Assembly: GCA_041694815.1 (NCBI GenBank)
Contig: JBGFSC010000033.1
Span: forward strand, 1 to 64,000
DNA length: 64,000 nucleotides
Source of the DNA: Elusimicrobiota bacterium
GTDB taxonomy: Bacteria > Elusimicrobiota > Elusimicrobia > UBA1565 > JACRDR01
Reading direction: 5' to 3'
The notes under the pieces were generated by a model, which was not told where the DNA came from, made no database searches, and saw only the letters and a program-made list of their open reading frames with translations. This document shows positions 39,472-47,764 of the stretch, piece by piece; position 1 is the first letter of the stretch; every line of letters starts with the position of its first letter. A program made the position numbers and the translations under genes.

Positions 39472-39705
39472 ATGTACACCGCCGACGACCTTATCGACGC
39501 TATTTTCGAATGCCTGCCCCGCGACGCCCGGGCGCCGCGGCCACCCGCCCCCTCCCCCCGCGGTCGGCCTTTCCTGACGGAGGCGGCCATCAAAAAGGCG
39601 TTGACTCCCGGAGCCCGACACCTTACAATACCAAGGGACTCCATCGTCAGCCCTTTGGCCCTCGATTGGCTGACGCTCAAGGGCGTAGAAATCATCCGCG
39701 AGTAG
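39472..39705 (+). CDS. Small BMC-associated protein with encapsulation-peptide-like helix
   Basis: ADDLIDAIFECL, Pro-rich linker, LTEAAI...IVSPLALDWL domain. Confidence 0.65.
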   Translation: MYTADDLIDAIFECLPRDARAPRPPAPSPRGRPFLTEAAIKKALTPGARHLTIPRDSIVSPLALDWLTLKGVEIIRE

Positions 39706-39724
39706 CATTATTAAGGAGAGCCGA

Positions 39725-40801
39725 ATGGACGTAAGCAGCTTGCTCAAATTGATGGTCCAAAGGGAGATTTCCGACATCCATTTCAAGGCGGATTCTTCCC
39801 CCGCCTTAAGGATCCATGGCCAGATGATCCCGGCCTCGAACATCCAGAAGCTTAGCGCCGAGGACGTCAAGGGAATCGCCTATCAATTGATGACCCCCCA
39901 GCAGGTCAAGCATTTCGAGGGAGAAGACGAGATGGATTTTGCCTACAGCCTTCCCGGGGTGGCGCGTTTTCGCATCAACGTCTACCGGCAGAGGGGCTCG
40001 GTGGGCCTGACCATGCGGGTAGTTCCCTTGAAGGTGGGTGATTTCCAGTCGCTCAATCTTCCCGCCCAAGCCTTGACCCGGTTGGCCCAGGAAAGCCGCG
40101 GCCTGATCCTGTTTACGGGCATCACCGGGGCGGGAAAAACAACCTCGATGAACAGTTTCCTCAACTATATCAACGCCAACTACCAGTACCGGATCATCAC
40201 CGTCGAAGACCCCATCGAGTTCTATCATCAGGACCTCAAATCCTCCGTCGTGCAGCGGGAGGTGGGCCACGACACCCGCTCCTTCGCCCACGCCCTGCGG
40301 CACGTGCTCCGGCAGGACCCGGACCTCGTCGTCATCGGGGAGATGCGGGACTTCGAGACGATCCAGGCGGCGATACTGGCGGCCGAGACAGGTCATCTGG
40401 TGCTCTCGACCCTGCATACGATGGACGCGGTGCAGACCATCGACCGAATCATCGACGCCCATCCCGCGCACCAGCACCCCCAGGTGCGGCAGCAATTGGC
40501 CAACACGCTCAAGGGGGTCGTCGGGCAGCGCCTGGTGCCGACCCAGGACGGCAAGGGCCGCGTCCCCGCCACCGAGATCATGGTGGCCAACAGCCTGTCC
40601 CGGCGGCATATCCTGGAGGGCAAGAACGCCGAGCTCTATAAGCTGATGGAGGGCGGCGCCTACTACGGCATGCACACCTTCGACCAGGACCTTATCCGCC
40701 TCGTCCAAGAGCAGAAGATCGACCAGAAGACAGCGTTGGAGAACGCCAGCAATCCCGAGGATATCGCGCTCAAGATGCGCGGCGTTTCGGCGGGGGTCTA
40801 A
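39725..40801 (+). CDS. pilT: PilT/PilU-family type IV pilus retraction ATPase
   Basis: SDIH, GITGAGKTT, EDPIE, LRQDPD, GEMRD, AETGHLVLSTLHT. Confidence 0.9.
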   Translation: MDVSSLLKLMVQREISDIHFKADSSPALRIHGQMIPASNIQKLSAEDVKGIAYQLMTPQQVKHFEGEDEMDFAYSLPGVARFRINVYRQRGSVGLTMRVVPLKVGDFQSLNLPAQALTRLAQESRGLILFTGITGAGKTTSMNSFLNYINANYQYRIITVEDPIEFYHQDLKSSVVQREVGHDTRSFAHALRHVLRQDPDLVVIGEMRDFETIQAAILAAETGHLVLSTLHTMDAVQTIDRIIDAHPAHQHPQVRQQLANTLKGVVGQRLVPTQDGKGRVPATEIMVANSLSRRHILEGKNAELYKLMEGGAYYGMHTFDQDLIRLVQEQKIDQKTALENASNPEDIALKMRGVSAGV

Positions 40802-41575
40802 GTGGGAGAACCGGAGGGAGAGAAGGAGGTCGAGTCGATCCTGACGGATCTGGAGTCGATCTTGTCCGGGACTCCTCCCGCCACCCCGCCGGCCAAGGAG
40901 GCGCCCGCCAAGGCGATTGCCGCCAAGCCGGCCGATGTGCCGGAAATCAAGCTTTCCGCGAGCACGACCGCACCGGCCGAAGCAACTCCTCCGATTCCGG
41001 CATCGGCACCGCCTCCTCCGACCATCTCGCTGCCCGCGGCCGCTCCGCCGCCGGTTCAAGCCAAGCCAGCGGTCCAGGCTCCTCCCCTGGTCCAAGCGCC
41101 GCCACCGGTCCAAGAGCCGCCTCCCGTGTCCGTTCCGACGCCGGCGACCGCAGCAACACCGCCCGCTGCCGCGCCGCAGGCTTCCGGGGTTCCCGAGAAT
41201 ACTCCTAAGGACCAGATCCGGCGCGTCGGCTTTCTCTACGCCCCGGAGCAGAAAGGGAACGTGGAGGAGTTTCTGAAATTCATCGATTCGGTGGCATTGA
41301 AGGTGTCCAAGAAACCGTTGTACATCGAACGTGTGATGGTGAGCGAGTTTCCCGAGCAAGGAGATCCCAAGTTGGCCTTCGAGCAGGCTAAGGCAGGGAA
41401 GGCCGTAGGCGTGGTCGGGGTGTTGGCCTCGCTGCCCGAAAGCAGGATACGCGAAATCGAGGAGGTATTCTCTGAAAACGGCATGTTTTATCGGACCGTG
41501 CATCCAGACGACATGCTCAAACGCTCGACCGTGGTCGATCTGCTCGTAGACCTGATGTTGAGCAGCCCTGCTTGA
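40802..41575 (+). CDS. Hypothetical protein: acidic N-helix, Pro/Ala linker, C-terminal alpha/beta domain
   Basis: Long ORF in operon; low-complexity PA linker. Confidence 0.7.
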   Translation: MGEPEGEKEVESILTDLESILSGTPPATPPAKEAPAKAIAAKPADVPEIKLSASTTAPAEATPPIPASAPPPPTISLPAAAPPPVQAKPAVQAPPLVQAPPPVQEPPPVSVPTPATAATPPAAAPQASGVPENTPKDQIRRVGFLYAPEQKGNVEEFLKFIDSVALKVSKKPLYIERVMVSEFPEQGDPKLAFEQAKAGKAVGVVGVLASLPESRIREIEEVFSENGMFYRTVHPDDMLKRSTVVDLLVDLMLSSPA

Positions 41576-41577
41576 CG

Positions 41578-43128
41578 ATGCTGGAGATGTGGGAGCTCAT
41601 CCCTTCGCCGACCGCCGCCCAGCCCCATCGGCAAACGTTGTGGCTCAAGGGCCAATTGGCGGACGTCAACGCCGTCATCCGCCGTTTGGGCTCGGTTTGC
41701 GGCCGCCCCCGCAAGGGGTCGCGCGGCAAGTTCAATTTCAGTCTCTACCTGCATCCCGACGGCCCGCAGGCCATCGGGAATATCCAGTCGGCCCTACGGG
41801 ACATCACCTCACCGGGCTCCACCGCCGCGACGCCGCCGGTCAAGCCGGCTCCGGCCGCGCCCGCCGAAGCTCCGGAACTCCCCGCGCCCAAGCCGATCGT
41901 TCAGGAAACGCCGAGCGCGACTCCGGCCGCAGCCGCTCCAGCGCCCGCTCCGCAGCCGCTCTTCGGCGCCGCGCTGGAGCCTAATAGCGACTACAATTTC
42001 GAGGCCATGGTGGTGGGTTCCTTCAACCGCTTCTCGCACGCGGCTGCCAACTCGGTGGTCTCCAATCCCGGGACGATGTACAACCCCCTGTTCCTCTTCG
42101 GCAATCCCGGCACGGGCAAGACCCACCTACTGAGCGCCATCGCCCAGGCCTTGCAGCAGCCGGTTTGGCTCAGCAGCGGGCCACGGCTGGCGCGGGCCGT
42201 CGCGCGGGCCGCGCCAGCGGGAAGGATCGGAGAGCTAGAGGAGTTGGCCGAACGCTCGCGGGCCCTGCTCATCGACGACATCCATTTACTCTCGGTCAAC
42301 GAGCACAACCAGGACGGACTGGTGAAGCTGCTGCGCCGTTTCTTTTCGGCCTCCAAACAGGTCGTCATGAGCTCCGCCTACCCCCCGCGCGCGTTGACGG
42401 CCATGGAGCAGGCCCTGGATTTCAAAATCGCTTCGGGCTGGGCGGTCGAAATGAAGGCCTTTGGCCCGGAGGTCCAGCGCGAGATCCTCGCCATGGCCCT
42501 GCAGCGCGCCGGGTTTGCCAACGACGAGGTTGCCGTAACGCAGGTCCTGGGCCATATCGGCGAGGCCTTTTTCGATCTCGGCCGGTGGCTGCGGCGCCTC
42601 AAATCCCTCGCCGCGTTGCGCGCCGCCGCGGGCCAGGCCGCCTCGCTGCACGAGCTGCTGCCCGTCCTTTTCGTGCCCGAGCTGCCGGTGCCGGAGCCCC
42701 TTTCCGACGAGGAGGTCCAGGGCCTTCTCGGGCAGATGCCCCCGGCGCCCGCCGGCGCCGCCCAAGGCGCCGTCTTTTTCCCGAAAGGACGTAGCGCCCA
42801 TGCCGAACTTATGCTGCGCCGTTTGGCCGCCGTGTCCAAGCCCAACGGCTGGCCATTCCCGATCCGCCGGGCGGCGCTGGAGGCCTACGACCCGGACCAG
42901 CTCTTCGGCGTGCCTTTCGAAATAGCCGAGGCCTGTGAAAACGCGCGCGCCGGAGCTGCCCTGGTGTTGGGCCCCGCTCCCGGTTCGGGCCTGGCGGGCC
43001 GGGAGACCGAGCTCGCGCACGCGGTGGGGCATATACTCGAAAGCTTGGGCATACGGTTCGGTTGGATCCCATTTAGCCGAGTCAACGAGCTGGCCCCGTA
43101 TTTTCGCGCGGGGCTCGATCTGAGATGA
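41578..43128 (+). CDS. DnaA-like AAA+ domain protein lacking the DnaA DNA-binding domain
   Basis: YNF..MVVGSFNRF, YNPLFLFGNPGTGKTHLL, LLIDDIH; C-terminus unlike DnaA domain IV. Confidence 0.8.
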   Translation: MLEMWELIPSPTAAQPHRQTLWLKGQLADVNAVIRRLGSVCGRPRKGSRGKFNFSLYLHPDGPQAIGNIQSALRDITSPGSTAATPPVKPAPAAPAEAPELPAPKPIVQETPSATPAAAAPAPAPQPLFGAALEPNSDYNFEAMVVGSFNRFSHAAANSVVSNPGTMYNPLFLFGNPGTGKTHLLSAIAQALQQPVWLSSGPRLARAVARAAPAGRIGELEELAERSRALLIDDIHLLSVNEHNQDGLVKLLRRFFSASKQVVMSSAYPPRALTAMEQALDFKIASGWAVEMKAFGPEVQREILAMALQRAGFANDEVAVTQVLGHIGEAFFDLGRWLRRLKSLAALRAAAGQAASLHELLPVLFVPELPVPEPLSDEEVQGLLGQMPPAPAGAAQGAVFFPKGRSAHAELMLRRLAAVSKPNGWPFPIRRAALEAYDPDQLFGVPFEIAEACENARAGAALVLGPAPGSGLAGRETELAHAVGHILESLGIRFGWIPFSRVNELAPYFRAGLDLR

Positions 43129-44492
43129 CCCTGCCCGTGTGGGTGGCCCTACTGCTCTGCGCCGCCTCGGCGGCCGCCGCGGCGCTCGCGGCTCGCCGCG
43201 TTGGCGCGAACGGGGAAGGCGAGAAGAGGCCGAAGGCTCCCGGGATCGCGCTGGAGTCGACGCTGCGCGAGGTTGCCGCCACCATCGCGGCCCGCCCCAG
43301 CCGGCCTTCCGACAGCCTGGGGGCGATCGTCTCGATCATCGCGAAGGCGGTCAGCGCCGACCTGTGCGCTTTTTTGCTCTTCGAGGAGGCCAGCGGGGAG
43401 TTGGTCACGCAGCCCGGGGCCTACGGCCTGTCCTCGGGACAGGAAGGCTCGCTCTATCGCCTCCCGCTCAACAACGATACCTCTTCCTCGGTGCGGGTGT
43501 TTAAGACCGGGTTGTCGTTCTTGACTGGGGACGCTCAAAGCGACCCAAGGGTCATCAGTCATTACGTCAAATTGTGGAAATGCCATTCCCTGATGGTGGT
43601 TCCCTTGACCCTCGAAGGCAAGCGCGTCGGCGTTCTCCGCGTGGGGAGCTTCCAAAAGGACTTTTTTTCCGCCGAGCATCTCCGTTTCGTCGAGCTGCTC
43701 GCGGAGGAGGCGGTCGTCATTCTAGGAGGGGCCCTGCTGACGCAGAAGCTGCGCGAGACCAACCAGCGGCTCGAGGAGCTTAACCGGCTCAAGGATGAGT
43801 TCGTCTCCACGGTAAGCCACGAGTTCAAGACGCCGTTGACCTCCATCAAGGGATTTGCGACCGTCATGCTCGAGGGGTCGCCGGGCCCGATCAACGCCGA
43901 CCAGAGGAAATTCCTGACCATCATCCAGAACGCCTGCGACCGCCTGACGATGCTGGTCTCGGAGCTCCTCGACATCTCACGCCTGGAGGCGGGCGTGCGC
44001 ATGGAAATGCAGGAAGTGTCCTTGGAGGAGATGCTCCGCGTCTCGCAGGAGAACCTCCAATGGCAGGCCGAGAGCCGAGGCATCCGTCTGTCGCTCGAGC
44101 TCCGGGACTCCCTGCCACCCATCCAAGGGGATCCCCGCTGGCTGCGCCAGGTGGTCGACAACCTGCTTTCGAACGCGATCAAGTTCACGCCCAAGGGCGG
44201 CAGCGTCTGTATGCGGGCGTGCCTCCAGGGCGACGCCGTCGAGGTGACCGTCGAGGACACTGGCGTGGGGATCGCGCCGGAGGACCAGCCGCACATCTTC
44301 CAGAAATTCTATCGCGCCCGCAGCCAGGCCCCTTTGAACGCGCCGGGGACGGGGCTGGGCCTGGCGATCGCCAAGACGGTAGTGGAGAAGCACGGCGGGC
44401 GGCTCTGGTTCGATTCGCAGCCCAACCGCGGCTCGAGATTTTACTTTGTCTTGCCGACCGCCGAGGCGGCGGCGCGGATGCAGCGTGTCTAA
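43125..44492 (+). CDS. Membrane-anchored GAF-domain sensor histidine kinase
   Basis: VSHEFKTPLT H-box, NLLSNAIKF, DTGVGI, GTGLGL. Confidence 0.93.
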   Translation: MTLPVWVALLLCAASAAAAALAARRVGANGEGEKRPKAPGIALESTLREVAATIAARPSRPSDSLGAIVSIIAKAVSADLCAFLLFEEASGELVTQPGAYGLSSGQEGSLYRLPLNNDTSSSVRVFKTGLSFLTGDAQSDPRVISHYVKLWKCHSLMVVPLTLEGKRVGVLRVGSFQKDFFSAEHLRFVELLAEEAVVILGGALLTQKLRETNQRLEELNRLKDEFVSTVSHEFKTPLTSIKGFATVMLEGSPGPINADQRKFLTIIQNACDRLTMLVSELLDISRLEAGVRMEMQEVSLEEMLRVSQENLQWQAESRGIRLSLELRDSLPPIQGDPRWLRQVVDNLLSNAIKFTPKGGSVCMRACLQGDAVEVTVEDTGVGIAPEDQPHIFQKFYRARSQAPLNAPGTGLGLAIAKTVVEKHGGRLWFDSQPNRGSRFYFVLPTAEAAARMQRV

Positions 44493-44528
44493 CGGTGCCT
44501 GGCACCGACAAATAGGAGGGGGGACTCT

Positions 44529-44981
44529 ATGCGAAAAAACTGGAAGGCAATGGGCTGGGCCTTGGCGTGCGCCGCCCTGGCCGCCGGATGCTACGGCCCG
44601 CAGAGCCGCGTCAAGAAGGGCCAGGTGCAGAACACAATCAACCAGGACCCGAACCGCAACCAATACTTAGAGGCGATCGGCATCGGCGCATCCGATCCGG
44701 CGCTCGCCAGCGACACGCAGCGCAAGGCCCTCGCGCGCGACGCCGCCATCGTCAAGGCGCAGTATGAGATGCTCTCCATGGTCAAGGGCGTCATGCTCCA
44801 GGGAGGGGTGACCGTCCAGCGGGCGATGGAGACCGATTCCACGCTCGAGGCGAAGGTCAATGACGTCATCAAAGGCGCCGAGATACTCAAGAGCGAGTTT
44901 ACCGCCGACAACGGCTGCGTCGTGACGATCCGACTCCCGAAGAAGCGGTTGGAGGAGATGATGGGAGTGAAGTTCAAATGA
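44529..44981 (+). CDS. LPP20-like lipoprotein
   Basis: Lipobox LAAGC; A.GIGA, ALARDAAIVKAQ. Confidence 0.7.
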   Translation: MRKNWKAMGWALACAALAAGCYGPQSRVKKGQVQNTINQDPNRNQYLEAIGIGASDPALASDTQRKALARDAAIVKAQYEMLSMVKGVMLQGGVTVQRAMETDSTLEAKVNDVIKGAEILKSEFTADNGCVVTIRLPKKRLEEMMGVKFK

Positions 44982-46018
44982 GTCGCCTATGGCTGGCCGC
45001 GCTCTTGATCGCGGCCGGTTGCTCGCACGGGCGCCTAAAGCCGGGGCCGGGCGAGCAGGGCGAGGTCATCGAATCCGAGGGATGGTCGCCTTCAGACGGC
45101 GACCTGCTCAAGTCGCGCCAACGAGCGCTGGCGGAGGCGCAGAGGAAGGCGGTCGAACGCGTGGTGGGGGTATTTATTTCCGCCAAGACCCGCGTCGACG
45201 CCGCGGTGCACGTGGATTCCCGGATAATGGCCAATGTCGAGGGGTATATCCGGAAATACGACGTGTTGGAGGAACGAAACGAGGCGGGTTTCTTTAAGAT
45301 GCGCATCCGCGCCCTGGTGCTCTACCGCAAGATCGGCGACGATTTAAGGGAGCTCGGCCTGCTTCGCCCGCCTCCTCCCCCGGGCAATCCGAGGGTGAGC
45401 GTGCTGCTTAAGCCCGACGGCGCTGCGGGATCTGGGAGCCTGGCCGCGCGTGGGGTGCGCACGGCACTCGTGGAGCGTGGGTTCGCGGTGATCGACGGCG
45501 AGGGCGCCTACGACCTCGCGGTGACGGGGGATGCCGACGCGCATCCCATCGAGGACTCCCGCCTGGCGGGATTCCGCTCCTTCCGCGCGCGCGTCTCACT
45601 GCAGGCCAGCAAGATGGGCTCATCGCAGCTCTTGAGCCGCAAGACCCAGGAGGCCTCCGCACTCGACCCCTCACCAGAGGTGGCCCGGGCCAAGGCCCTC
45701 GACGTCGCCGGCGCCATGGCCGGCGAAGCCTTGGCGGCGGAACTCTCGAAGGCGCTGGCCTCGCGCATCGAGGTGCGTCTGCGCATCCATGGGATCAAGG
45801 GGCTCGAGAAGATACGGGCCGTGGCCGAGGATGTGCGGGGCAATCCCGGGGTGGCCGCGGTGACGCTGTCGGCCTATCGGGACGGGATCGCGGAATTACA
45901 GGTGACGACGGAGCGGATCCCGGGCGACGAGCTGGCGGCGCTCATGCTCCGGATGCGATCGCACCGCTTCGCCGCCAGGTCGGTGTCTCCCTATGAGGTC
46001 GAACTGGAGGGGCAATAG
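44978..46018 (+). CDS. Lipoprotein with FlgT N-terminal-like domain
   Basis: IAAGC; RQRALAEAQRKAVERVVGVFISAKT. Confidence 0.65.
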   Translation: MSRLWLAALLIAAGCSHGRLKPGPGEQGEVIESEGWSPSDGDLLKSRQRALAEAQRKAVERVVGVFISAKTRVDAAVHVDSRIMANVEGYIRKYDVLEERNEAGFFKMRIRALVLYRKIGDDLRELGLLRPPPPPGNPRVSVLLKPDGAAGSGSLAARGVRTALVERGFAVIDGEGAYDLAVTGDADAHPIEDSRLAGFRSFRARVSLQASKMGSSQLLSRKTQEASALDPSPEVARAKALDVAGAMAGEALAAELSKALASRIEVRLRIHGIKGLEKIRAVAEDVRGNPGVAAVTLSAYRDGIAELQVTTERIPGDELAALMLRMRSHRFAARSVSPYEVELEGQ

Positions 46019-46613
46019 CCTTGCCGCCCTGCTCGTGGCGGCCGGCTGCGCTCCGGCGCCGGTGCGTTTCACCTCCGCCAATTTCCACGCGCTGGCTCCG
46101 CCTCGCGTGGCCGTGCTGCCGTTCGACAACTGGAGCGTCGACTTGGTCGGTCCGGCGATGCTCCGGAGCCTATTCGAGGCGCGCCTGCGGGAGCGCGGCT
46201 ACGAGGTGGTCTCTATGGAGGCGGTCGATGCCCGATTGCGGGAGCTGGGCGTCACCCACGGGGGCCAGCTGAAGGCCTTTTCGCCCCAGGCGCTCGGTTC
46301 GGCCCTGGGGGTGGAGGGGCTCATCTACGGGACGGTCGAGGAGTTCGTGATGCAGAACATCGGCTTCATCGCGCGGCGCTGCGTGCGCCTGCACGCCAGA
46401 TTGGTGCATGCCGCCGGCGGCGAGCGGCTCTGGGAGGACACGGGGGAGGGGAATTGGGCCCGGGTAACTTTCGACAAGAAGGAGGCGCAGCGTATCTTCT
46501 TGGAGGGTTGGACCTACCGCGAGATCGAAAATATATTCAGGAATCCCCTTTTACCCGAATCGAAGGCGGCCGTGCAAGACCTCATTTCGCGCCTGCCGAG
46601 GAGGAGTTCATGA
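45993..46613 (+). CDS. GNA1162/DUF799-like lipoprotein
   Basis: VAAGC; RVAVLPFDN, LGVEGLIYGTV. Confidence 0.7.
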   Translation: MRSNWRGNSLAALLVAAGCAPAPVRFTSANFHALAPPRVAVLPFDNWSVDLVGPAMLRSLFEARLRERGYEVVSMEAVDARLRELGVTHGGQLKAFSPQALGSALGVEGLIYGTVEEFVMQNIGFIARRCVRLHARLVHAAGGERLWEDTGEGNWARVTFDKKEAQRIFLEGWTYREIENIFRNPLLPESKAAVQDLISRLPRRSS

Positions 46614-47542
46614 ACAAGCGTTTGTTTTTAGCCGTGATCCTTGGGCTTTCGGCCTGCGGCCCCAGCGCGTCGGTGCATAGGCGCCAGCCCGTTACGGCCA
46701 CGGAGACTCGCGCGCTCGACTCGAAATATACCGGCCCCAAGCGCCGCATCGGCATCGTCGATTTCGAGAACAAGAGCGCCTACGGACAGAACCGGCTGGG
46801 GAGCGCAGCCTCCGACATACTCGTCACCGAGCTGGCCAAGACCGGCAAATTCGTCGTGGTGGAGCGCGATAAGCTGCAGAAAATATTCGACGAGCAGAAA
46901 TTGCAGGCTTCCGGGGCCGTCGACGCCAGGACCGTCGTGCGGGTCGGCAAGATCCTGGGGCTAAACGCCATCGTCACCGGCGCCGTCTCGCAATTCGGCG
47001 TCAAGGAGGAGGGCAGCGACTACCTCCTGGTGGCCTCCAAGCGTCAGGTCGCCGAGGTGACGGTGGACATACGCGTCGTCGACGCGGAGAACGGGCAAGT
47101 GCTCTACGCGGACTCCGGCAAGGGGGTGGGCAAGAGCACCAAGCGCAACGTGCTCGGCCTGGGGGGACGAGGGGGCTACGACGAGACGATAGAGGGCGAG
47201 GCGCTGCGGGCGGCGATCGTGCAGTTTACCGCCAACGTGGTCAGCCAGGTGCACAAGAAGCCCTGGTCCTGCCGGATCGCCGCCGTCAGCGGCGGCCGTC
47301 TCTACCTCAACGCGGGGCCGACGATGGGGCTCGAGAAGGGGGCCTCCTTGGACTGCTTCCACCTGGGCTCGGAGGTCATCGATCCGACGACGGGGCTGGT
47401 GCTGGGCCATGAGGAGGTAGCCTTGGGTCGGGCGGTGGTAGACGGGCCTTTCGGCGACAACGGGGAGGGTTCCGTGGCGCGCCTGGTGCGCCCCAGCGGG
47501 CCGGCCCCGGCGGCGAAGGATATTTGCCGGTTGGCGGAATGA
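46610..47542 (+). CDS. CsgG/HfaB-family lipoprotein with FlgT C-terminal-like domain
   Basis: LSAC; RIGIVDFEN, FVVVER, VDIRVVDAENGQV, LYLNAG, IDPTTG.VLG. Confidence 0.8.
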   Translation: MNKRLFLAVILGLSACGPSASVHRRQPVTATETRALDSKYTGPKRRIGIVDFENKSAYGQNRLGSAASDILVTELAKTGKFVVVERDKLQKIFDEQKLQASGAVDARTVVRVGKILGLNAIVTGAVSQFGVKEEGSDYLLVASKRQVAEVTVDIRVVDAENGQVLYADSGKGVGKSTKRNVLGLGGRGGYDETIEGEALRAAIVQFTANVVSQVHKKPWSCRIAAVSGGRLYLNAGPTMGLEKGASLDCFHLGSEVIDPTTGLVLGHEEVALGRAVVDGPFGDNGEGSVARLVRPSGPAPAAKDICRLAE

Positions 47543-47722
47543 ACGACAGCTTTTACGCGCTCCATAACAACGGACGCGGCGCCGACCGGAGTGTCGGCGC
47601 CGGACTTCGTCGCGCTTCGCGCGACGAAGTTCGAGGTTTCTCGCGAGTATTCCGCGCGACGAAGCTCTTTAACGACAGCTTTTACGCGCTTTGGGCGCGT
47701 GACTCGGCGCCGAGTTCGGGAT
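47542..47722. repeat. MITE/REP-like family A, composite copy
   Basis: Two direct aacgacagcttttacgcgc starts (47542, 47671) and the shared core tcgtcgcgcttcgcgcgacg...ttcgaggtttctcgcgag. Confidence 0.78.
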
Positions 47723-47764
47723 TTAACAGATGGAACTTATTGGCATGAGAATCGTATATACGGT

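Noticed and set aside
41578..43128. Replication initiator dnaA / oriC
   Set aside because: No domain IV, no dnaN neighbour, no DnaA-box cluster noticed
47542..47722. CRISPR array
   Set aside because: Only two direct repeat starts, no regular spacers, no cas genes; fits dispersed repeat family A
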